Positions 9,583 to 16,518 of a stretch of 20,419 nucleotides of DNA are shown here, piece after piece. The stretch is from assembly GCA_051746405.1 (NCBI GenBank), contig JBNJFB010000043.1:1-20419 (forward strand), given 5' to 3'. Source of the stretch: Campylobacterota bacterium (GTDB taxonomy: Bacteria; Campylobacterota; Campylobacteria; Campylobacterales; Arcobacteraceae). The first letter of the stretch is position 1, and every line of letters starts with the position of its first letter. A program made the translations under genes and the position numbers. The notes below the pieces were generated by a model that was not told the origin of the DNA, searched no databases, and saw only the letters and a program-made list of their open reading frames with translations.

Positions 9583-9936
9583 ATGAAAATATTAAGTAAA
9601 CTATTAATTGCATCTGCAATTAGTACTACTATGCTTACAGGAGCTATAGCTAGTGATGAGGCAATGATAGAAAAAGGTAAAAAAATATTTATGACTAAGA
9701 CAGAAGGTAACTGTCTTGCATGTCATGCTGCAAATGGAGTTGAAATTGATGGACCTGGTATGTTAGGACCTAAATTACAAGGTTTGCAGTATTGGCCAAA
9801 AGAAGCATTATATGAAAAAATTTATAACCCTTATGTTACAAATCCAATTTCAGTAATGCCTCCATTTGGAAAAAATGGATGGTTAAATGATGAAGAAATT
9901 AATGCAGTAGTTGCATTTTTAAAAACAATTAAATAA
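9583..9936 (+). CDS. soxX: Cytochrome c SoxX
   Basis: Sec signal, GNCLACH, GPKL, VMPPFGKNGWL..EEI. ATG 9583 follows RBS AAGGGG. Confidence 0.93.
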   Translation: MKILSKLLIASAISTTMLTGAIASDEAMIEKGKKIFMTKTEGNCLACHAANGVEIDGPGMLGPKLQGLQYWPKEALYEKIYNPYVTNPISVMPPFGKNGWLNDEEINAVVAFLKTIK

Positions 9937-9953
9937 TTTAGAAAGGATTAATT

Positions 9954-10403
9954 ATGAATAGAAGAAATTTTTTAGGATTAGGATTAGGAGCTTTAGCTGT
10001 TTCTATGGCACCATCAACATTAAGTGCTGTAAACTATAGAGAAACAAAACCAAAAGCTTGGACAGCAACAAAAACAGACGAAGCGATGAAAGAGTTATTT
10101 GGTACTGCAAGTACAACTGAAGGAAAAGTAGATTTAGATGCTCCAGATATTGCTGAAAATGGTGCAGTTATTCCTGTTACTGTATCTTCTGATTTAGAAG
10201 GTTCAAAAGTAGCAGTATTTCAAGATGCAAATCCTGAAAGTACAGTAGCAGTATTCACAGTTCCAAAAGGTGGAATTATTGATTACTCAATAAGAATTAA
10301 AATGGCAAAAACAGGTAATGTGACAGCTGTAGTACAAAAAGGTGATAAACTATATTCAGCTTCAAAATTAGTTAAAGTTACTATTGGTGGATGTGGTGGT
10401 TGA
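9954..10403 (+). CDS. soxY: Sulfur carrier SoxY
   Basis: Tat MNRRNFL, APDIAENGAVIPV, RIKMAKT and C-terminal VKVTIGGCGG swinging arm. Confidence 0.98.
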   Translation: MNRRNFLGLGLGALAVSMAPSTLSAVNYRETKPKAWTATKTDEAMKELFGTASTTEGKVDLDAPDIAENGAVIPVTVSSDLEGSKVAVFQDANPESTVAVFTVPKGGIIDYSIRIKMAKTGNVTAVVQKGDKLYSASKLVKVTIGGCGG

Positions 10404-10468
10404 TTAAACCATCATAATCATATAGTTATAAATTTAAAATAGAATATTAATTAATAAAGGAATACAAA

Positions 10469-10789
10469 ATGGCTAGAAGTAGAACAAGAATAAAAGCTAA
10501 AATAAGAGATGGTATTGTAACAGTAAAAGCAATGGCAAGACACGAGATGTTAAGTTATCAAGAAGCAGAGAATGCAGGTAAAGAAGTAAACTTTATTACT
10601 CACTTAGTTGCAAAAGCAGGTGGAAAAACAGTATATGAATTATCATCAAGTCAATTTTTATCTAAAAACCCATATATTAAATTTCAATTTAAAGCAGATG
10701 CTTATGGTGTGAAAAAAGGGGATGAAATAGAAACCACATGGGTTGATTTAAAAGGTGATAAAGACGTAGGTTCTAGTAAGATTAGATAG
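10469..10789 (+). CDS. soxZ: SoxZ
   Basis: VKAMARHEM, FIT, SKNPYIKFQF and WVDLKG; no signal peptide; lies between soxY and soxA. Confidence 0.95.
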   Translation: MARSRTRIKAKIRDGIVTVKAMARHEMLSYQEAENAGKEVNFITHLVAKAGGKTVYELSSSQFLSKNPYIKFQFKADAYGVKKGDEIETTWVDLKGDKDVGSSKIR

Positions 10790-10796
10790 ATAAGAA

Positions 10797-10821
10797 GCTA
10801 GCTGTAATTGTTACAGCTAGT
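10797..10821 (+). other. Perfect intergenic hairpin between soxZ and soxA
   Basis: CTAGCTGTAA-ttg-TTACAGCTAG; no U tract. Confidence 0.75.
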
Positions 10822-10836
10822 AATTAAGGAGAGATT

Positions 10837-11751
10837 ATGTTATTAAAGATTGCCAAAACAACTGCTTTAGTAGCTTTAACTGCACTTGCATTAAATGCAG
10901 GTGAGTTTAATAAAGAAGCAGAAAAAGATAGACTTGCTTTAATTGACTACTTTGAAACTAAATTTAAAGATGCAAAAGCAAATAAGGGTCAATTCTTCCC
11001 TTATGCAAGTGAAGAAGAGTTAGAAAGTAGTTATTTTAAGAATATTAAACATCATGACTTTGCAAAAGGTAACTATTCATTTAATAAAGACGGAAAGTCT
11101 CAGTATGATGCACTAAATGATTTTCCACCATACGAAACAGCAGTATATGAGGGTGAAGATTTATATAATAAAAAGTACACAAATGGAGAAATATTTAAAT
11201 CATGTTTCCCAAATCCTGCAATTGTAGGGGATTATCCTTATTTTGATGATAAAAGAAATGAAGTTGTTACTTTAACAACTGCAATTAATGAGTGTTTAGT
11301 TAAAAATGGTGAAAAAGCTTGGAATCCAAAAAAAGGTAAACTAGCTAAGCTTGAAGCATATTTTGCTTATGAAACTAGAGATGCTGGAAAAAAACTAGAT
11401 ATTAAAATACCTAGCCAAGCTGCGAAAGAGGCATATGAAAGAGGTAAAGAGTATTACTATACTCAAAGAGGTTACTTAAAACTTTCTTGTGCTTCATGTC
11501 ACGTTCAAGGTTCAGGTCAAAGAGTTAGAAATGAAAAGCTATCTCCTTTCTTAGGACAAGTAACACACTTCCCTGTATATAGACTTAAATGGCAAGGACT
11601 AGGAACACTAGAGAGAAGAATGGCTGGATGTGTAAAAGATGCAGGTCAAGTTCCACCTAAAGCTGATAGTAAAGAGATGAAAGAGTTACTTTACTTTATG
11701 GCATATATGTCAGATGGCATGAGTGTTGACGGCCCAGATATTAGAAAATAA
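10837..11751 (+). CDS. soxA: L-cysteine S-thiosulfotransferase SoxA (monoheme type)
   Basis: Signal peptide, YPYFD, AINECL, RGYLKLSCASCH, HFPVYRLKW, LERRMAGC and C-terminal GPDIRK. Confidence 0.96.
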   Translation: MLLKIAKTTALVALTALALNAGEFNKEAEKDRLALIDYFETKFKDAKANKGQFFPYASEEELESSYFKNIKHHDFAKGNYSFNKDGKSQYDALNDFPPYETAVYEGEDLYNKKYTNGEIFKSCFPNPAIVGDYPYFDDKRNEVVTLTTAINECLVKNGEKAWNPKKGKLAKLEAYFAYETRDAGKKLDIKIPSQAAKEAYERGKEYYYTQRGYLKLSCASCHVQGSGQRVRNEKLSPFLGQVTHFPVYRLKWQGLGTLERRMAGCVKDAGQVPPKADSKEMKELLYFMAYMSDGMSVDGPDIRK

Positions 11752-11763
11752 TAGGAGAGTATT

Positions 11764-12201
11764 ATGAACAAAATAGTAAATATATCATTAGCAGCAGTTG
11801 CAGCTTTTACACTAACAGCTTGTACCAAGTCTCCTACAACTCCAACTATTGAAACATCAGCAAATGTTGATGTTAAAAAAGTTTGTGATGTGAAAAGTAA
11901 TGGAATCAAAAATGTTTTAGAAACTGCTAAAACTTACAATGAAGTTGCAAAGAAAGAAGATTTAGAGTTTATGAGATTAGGGATGAAAACATCTCAATAT
12001 ATTTCAGGTGCCCAAAATGCACTTAAAACAGGTGCAAAAAATGTTGATGTTATTAATAAAAGCATGAAAAAAACTGGTGAAGTAACAAAAGAGTATGCAG
12101 CTTGGAGAGCTTGTAGTTTTGCAATTAGAGCATTACAGCAAGCTCAAAATGCTAAAACTAACTGGAAATTAGCTGCACCTGGACATGGTTATAAATATTA
12201 A
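11764..12201 (+). CDS. Sox-associated lipoprotein, possible SoxK/SAXB-like SoxAX-binding protein
   Basis: RBS AGGAG, lipobox LTAC (Cys20), Ala/Lys-rich helical body, located immediately after soxA. The coding call is firm; the SoxK assignment is inference. Confidence 0.6.
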   Translation: MNKIVNISLAAVAAFTLTACTKSPTTPTIETSANVDVKKVCDVKSNGIKNVLETAKTYNEVAKKEDLEFMRLGMKTSQYISGAQNALKTGAKNVDVINKSMKKTGEVTKEYAAWRACSFAIRALQQAQNAKTNWKLAAPGHGYKY

Positions 12202-12222
12202 AAATTGCCATAACGAAATTTT

Positions 12223-12253
12223 AAAAGTCAAGATAACTATCTTGACTTTTTTT
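12223..12253 (+). terminator. Rho-independent terminator-like hairpin inside the sox cluster
   Basis: AAAAGTCAAGAT-aact-ATCTTGACTTTT followed by TTT. Confidence 0.75.
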
Positions 12254-12276
12254 ATCTAAATGCAAAGGGATAAAAG

Positions 12277-12927
12277 ATGAAAATATTAAATAAAATTATA
12301 GTTGCAACTGCAATTAGTTCATTATGTGCAAGTTTAAGTTTTGCAGAGGGTAGTTCAAACTATGTACCAATTTCTAATGGTGTAAAATCTATTGAAATGA
12401 ACTTAAACGGTGTAGAGTTCACACTTAAAAGAAATCAAGAGTCTGGAAATAAAATAAATGAACTTTATAATAACACTACAGTTGGAGCTCCACAGCCAAT
12501 TAAAATAGCAAAAGGTGTTGAAACTTTAGGTGAATTAGAGTTTATTGATTATATGAAAAAAGCGCAAACAGATAATTCAATAGTTGTTGCAGACTCAAGA
12601 ACACCAGGTTGGCATGCAAAATTAAGAATTCCTGGAACTATAAACTTACCTTATACAAATTTTCAATCAAAAGAAAATGCTATTGAAGCTATGGAGTTTG
12701 AATTAGGTGTAGTACTAAAAGAGGATGGTACATTAGATTTTTCAAAAGCTAAAACATTAGTTGCATATTGTAATGGTTACTGGTGTGGACAAACACCTGC
12801 AATGGTAAAAAATGTAAAATATTCACTTTTAAATTTAGGATACCCAGCTTCAAAAATCAAATATTATAGAGGTGGTATGCAAGCATGGACATCTTTAGGC
12901 TTTACAACAGTTGGAAGCGCAAAATAA
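12277..12927 (+). CDS. Periplasmic rhodanese-domain sulfurtransferase
   Basis: Sec signal (SFA/E), VADSR..W...RIPGTINLPY, active loop YCNGYWCGQT and YYRGGMQAW. Confidence 0.9.
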   Translation: MKILNKIIVATAISSLCASLSFAEGSSNYVPISNGVKSIEMNLNGVEFTLKRNQESGNKINELYNNTTVGAPQPIKIAKGVETLGELEFIDYMKKAQTDNSIVVADSRTPGWHAKLRIPGTINLPYTNFQSKENAIEAMEFELGVVLKEDGTLDFSKAKTLVAYCNGYWCGQTPAMVKNVKYSLLNLGYPASKIKYYRGGMQAWTSLGFTTVGSAK

Positions 12928-12943
12928 ATAAAAGGTTAAATAA

Positions 12944-14710
12944 ATGAGTAAATTAAGTAGAAGAGAGTTTGTTTATATGATGGCAGTACTTGGTAGTGCT
13001 CCTGTATTTGCTAACTCTCATACGAGAATGACTAATACGGATAGAATGGAAGATTATTATAAACTAAAGCCATTTGGTAATGCAAGACTATTACATATGA
13101 CTGATTGTCATGCACAGCTTCTTCCTGTATATTTTAGAGAACCAAGTGTTAATTTAGGATTTTATGGTAACTATGGAAAGCCTCCTCATATTGTAGGTGA
13201 GAAACTACTTGATTATTATGGAATAAAGGGAAATAAAAGACTTGAGTATGCTTATTCTTGTGTAAACTTTGAGAAACATGCAAAAGCAATTGGACGAACA
13301 GGTGGTTTTGCACAGATAAAAACTGTTGTTGATCACTTAAGAAATAGTTTTGGTGAAGATAAAACTCTATTATTAGATGGAGGGGATACTTGGCAAGGTA
13401 GTGCAACTGCTCTTTATACAAGAGGTAAGGATATGGTTGGTGCTATGAATAAACTTGGTGTTGATGTTGCTGTTGGACACTGGGAGTTCACATATAAAGC
13501 CCAAGAAGTATTAGAAAATGCAAAAGAGTTAGATGCAGAGTTTTTAGCACAAAATGTAAAAGTTAAAGAGATGGCACTATTTGATGGTGCTGAAGCTTAT
13601 GATGAATATACAGGACATGCATTTAAACCATATACGATTAAAAAAATGGGGAATGCAAGAGTAGCTGTAATTGGACAAGCATTCCCTTATACTACTATTG
13701 CTAATCCACAAAGGTTTATTCCAGATTGGTCATTTGGTATAAATGATGATGGAATGCAAGAGTTGGTTAATCAAATAAGAGAAAATGAGAAACCAGATGC
13801 TGTTATTGTACTATCTCATAATGGGTATGATACAGATAAAAAAATGGGAAAAGTTGTAACTGGAATTGATTTTATTATGGGTGGTCACACTCACGATGGT
13901 GTTCCTGAAGCATATCCTGTTAAAAATGATGCAGGTACTACTTATGTTTGTAATGCAGGTTCAAATGGTAAGTTTTTAAATGTACTTGATTTAGATATTC
14001 AAAATGGAAAAATTAAAGATTTCAAGTTTACACTTCTTCCTATCTTCTCTGATTTAGTTCCAGAAAACAAAGAGATGAAAAAGTATATTCAAGATGTTAG
14101 AGCACCGTTTAAAAAAGAGCTTACAAGAGAGATAGCAACTACTGATGAGACTTTATTTAGAAGAGGTAACTTTAATGGTTCATGGGATCAGATTATTTGT
14201 GATGCTTTAATGGAAGTTAAAGATGCAGAGATCTCTTTATCTCCTGGATTTAGATGGGGAACATCTGTTATACCAGGTCAACCAATTACATTTGATGACC
14301 TTATGACTCAAACTGCTATGACTTATCCTGAAACTTATAGAAGAGATATCTCAGGAGAAGATATTAAGCTTATTTTAGAAGATGTTGCTGATAACTTATT
14401 TAACCCTGATCCATTCTATCAACAAGGTGGAGATATGGTAAGAACAGGTGGTATCTCATATAAGATTAATCCAACAGCAAAAATGGGTGAAAGAATCTCT
14501 GATATCCAACTAACAAGAAATGGACAAAAGCTTGATCCAAATAAAAAATATAGTGTTGCAGGATGGTCAACTGTGGGTGCAAAATCACCAGGTGAACCTG
14601 TATGGGAAACTGTTGAAACATATTTGACAAATGTAAAACATATTCAGAACTTAAAAGTTGATACTCCTGATATTATTGGAGTAAAAGGCAATCCTGGAAT
14701 TGTTTCATAA
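12944..14710 (+). CDS. soxB: Thiosulfohydrolase SoxB
   Basis: Tat SRREFVY, HMTDCHAQL.PVYFREPS, DGGDTWQGS, GHWEFT, LSHNG, GGHTH, SPGFRWG and QQGGDMVR. Confidence 0.98.
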   Translation: MSKLSRREFVYMMAVLGSAPVFANSHTRMTNTDRMEDYYKLKPFGNARLLHMTDCHAQLLPVYFREPSVNLGFYGNYGKPPHIVGEKLLDYYGIKGNKRLEYAYSCVNFEKHAKAIGRTGGFAQIKTVVDHLRNSFGEDKTLLLDGGDTWQGSATALYTRGKDMVGAMNKLGVDVAVGHWEFTYKAQEVLENAKELDAEFLAQNVKVKEMALFDGAEAYDEYTGHAFKPYTIKKMGNARVAVIGQAFPYTTIANPQRFIPDWSFGINDDGMQELVNQIRENEKPDAVIVLSHNGYDTDKKMGKVVTGIDFIMGGHTHDGVPEAYPVKNDAGTTYVCNAGSNGKFLNVLDLDIQNGKIKDFKFTLLPIFSDLVPENKEMKKYIQDVRAPFKKELTREIATTDETLFRRGNFNGSWDQIICDALMEVKDAEISLSPGFRWGTSVIPGQPITFDDLMTQTAMTYPETYRRDISGEDIKLILEDVADNLFNPDPFYQQGGDMVRTGGISYKINPTAKMGERISDIQLTRNGQKLDPNKKYSVAGWSTVGAKSPGEPVWETVETYLTNVKHIQNLKVDTPDIIGVKGNPGIVS

Positions 14711-14732
14711 AAAGGTACTTTCGTACCTTTTT
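14709..14732 (+). terminator. Terminator-like hairpin after soxB
   Basis: AAAAAGGTAC-tttc-GTACCTTTTT. Confidence 0.7.
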
Positions 14733-14778
14733 AATTTAGAGTTTATTAGTTAAATTTTAAATTAAAAAGGATTTAATT

Positions 14779-15576
14779 ATGTATAGAGTATTGATTTTTT
14801 TATTTATTACACTATGTGCATTTGCAAATAGTTATGAACAAGGTAAAGAGATTTTTGATAATAAATGTGCAAGCTGTCACAAAGGATATATCTCATTTAA
14901 AACACTAAAAGAGAACTTTTTTGAAAAAGATAATAAATTATTAAACTTAAAAGTGCCAACTGTAAATATGCTTTCTTATGCAATTATGGAGAGTCCTAAA
15001 AAAATAGGTAATCCAGATGATAGTGAAATGAGACAAATAGAAATAGAAGAGTATCTTAGATGGTACCTTAAAAACCCACAAGAGAGAAATAGTGTTTGTG
15101 ATGACACGCTATTAGCATATTATGATAAAAAAGAGCCTATGAATATATCACAAGAAGAGGCACAGGCTTTATCAATTTTCTTTATGAAATATGAACAGAA
15201 TAGAGATAAAAGTGGTGATGAAAAAAAGAAGTTAATATCTTCAAGTGGTAAATTTAATGAAGAGGCTATACTAAAAAAAGCAAAACAAGAGAGTAAACTT
15301 ATAATAGTATATGCTACTTCTAAGACATGTTATTTTTGTAAGAAGATGGATAAAGAGGTATTACAGTTAGATGATGTAAAAGAAAAAATAGATAAAAACT
15401 ATCTTTTTTACGAAGTAAATGTTGATTTAATGAAGCTACCTTTTGATTTAAATAAAGATTTTAAAGGGATGACTCCAACCTTTTTTGTACTTGATGAAAA
15501 AGCTAATATACTAAATACTTATCCAGGAGCATGGGTAAAAAAAGATTTTTTAGATATTTTAAAAGAGAATCTATGA
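14779..15576 (+). CDS. Exported c-type cytochrome fused to a thioredoxin-fold (SoxW-like) domain
   Basis: Signal peptide, GKEIFDNKCASCH (14866-14880), linker, then AKQESKLIIVYATSKTCYFCKKM (CxxC 15328-15339), TPTFFVLD and YPGA. Confidence 0.85.
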   Translation: MYRVLIFLFITLCAFANSYEQGKEIFDNKCASCHKGYISFKTLKENFFEKDNKLLNLKVPTVNMLSYAIMESPKKIGNPDDSEMRQIEIEEYLRWYLKNPQERNSVCDDTLLAYYDKKEPMNISQEEAQALSIFFMKYEQNRDKSGDEKKKLISSSGKFNEEAILKKAKQESKLIIVYATSKTCYFCKKMDKEVLQLDDVKEKIDKNYLFYEVNVDLMKLPFDLNKDFKGMTPTFFVLDEKANILNTYPGAWVKKDFLDILKENL

Positions 15577-16034
15577 GTAGTTTTACAGGTGAAGTCATTG
15601 ATACATTTAGTGCAAATATAAACCAAAGTGGACTACCAAGACCTAAAGTTGAGTTTTTAGATTTATTACAAGACTATGGAATAAAAAATGATAAATTTGC
15701 ACTAAAAGATTTAGATAGTACTGTAATGATTGTGGGGTTATACACTTATGATGTAGCTTCTGTAAATAGTATAGATTTACAATATGGTAGTTTAGGTGAA
15801 AATATATTGTTAAGTTTTGACCCACATACTCTTAAGGTGGGTTCTTTTTTAAAAATAGGCCAAGCAGTTATACAAATCACACAAAAGTGTACTATCTGTA
15901 ACCATTTAGCAGTTTTTGGTAAGTCATTACCTAAAATTGTTAAAGATTGTAGAGGATTATATTGTAAAATTATAAAAAGTGGTAAAATTACAAAAGGTAT
16001 GAGTGTTACTATTGAAAATACTCTAAGTGTTTAG
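15573..16034 (+). CDS. MOSC-domain protein (YiiM-like)
   Basis: YGSLGENIL, LKIGQAVIQITQKCTICNHL and RGLYCKIIKSGKITKG. ATG 15573 overlaps the upstream TGA (ATGA). Confidence 0.85.
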   Translation: MSSFTGEVIDTFSANINQSGLPRPKVEFLDLLQDYGIKNDKFALKDLDSTVMIVGLYTYDVASVNSIDLQYGSLGENILLSFDPHTLKVGSFLKIGQAVIQITQKCTICNHLAVFGKSLPKIVKDCRGLYCKIIKSGKITKGMSVTIENTLSV

Positions 16035-16060
16035 TTACCTTTAATTTAGTAGGAGAAGAG

Positions 16061-16498
16061 ATGAAAAATATTTTAATATTATGTTTTTTTGTTGTTTTTG
16101 CATATTCAAAATCAACATTTAGTGACCCACAACCATCATTTATAGAACCAAGAAAGGTTGTATTTCAAATTTTTGATTCTGATGAAAAAAGAGTAAATCA
16201 CAACTTAAGTTCAATGTATAATATTCTAAAGGAGTATCCAGCTGAGTCTTTAAAAATAGTTGTTGTTGTTTATGGAAATGGAATGAGAGCATTGAAAAAA
16301 GATTATAATAAAGATATTTTAAAAAGAGTTAAATCTTTAATGAAGTATGATGTGGAGTTTATAGGTTGTAAAAATACAATGGAGACTATGAATTGGACTA
16401 AAGAAGATTTTATAGATGATATTTCATATGCTCAAGCAGGTATTGTTGAGTTAATTGAAAAAAAAGTTGATGGATATGTTGGAGTTATAGCATATTAA
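16061..16498 (+). CDS. Exported DsrE/DsrF-like family protein
   Basis: Signal peptide, RKVVFQI, KIVVVVYGNG, VEFIGCKNTM and AGIVELIEK..DGY; RBS AGGAG. Confidence 0.82.
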   Translation: MKNILILCFFVVFAYSKSTFSDPQPSFIEPRKVVFQIFDSDEKRVNHNLSSMYNILKEYPAESLKIVVVVYGNGMRALKKDYNKDILKRVKSLMKYDVEFIGCKNTMETMNWTKEDFIDDISYAQAGIVELIEKKVDGYVGVIAY

Positions 16499-16518
16499 TT
16501 TTATAAAAAGGAGATATT

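Noticed and set aside
10394..10443. soxY TGA stop embedded in a small hairpin, considered as possible selenocysteine read-through
   Set aside because: SoxY canonically ends in GGCGG, which must be the free C-terminus. The hairpin overlaps the UGA instead of following it as a bacterial SECIS would, and read-through gives only a short meaningless tail.
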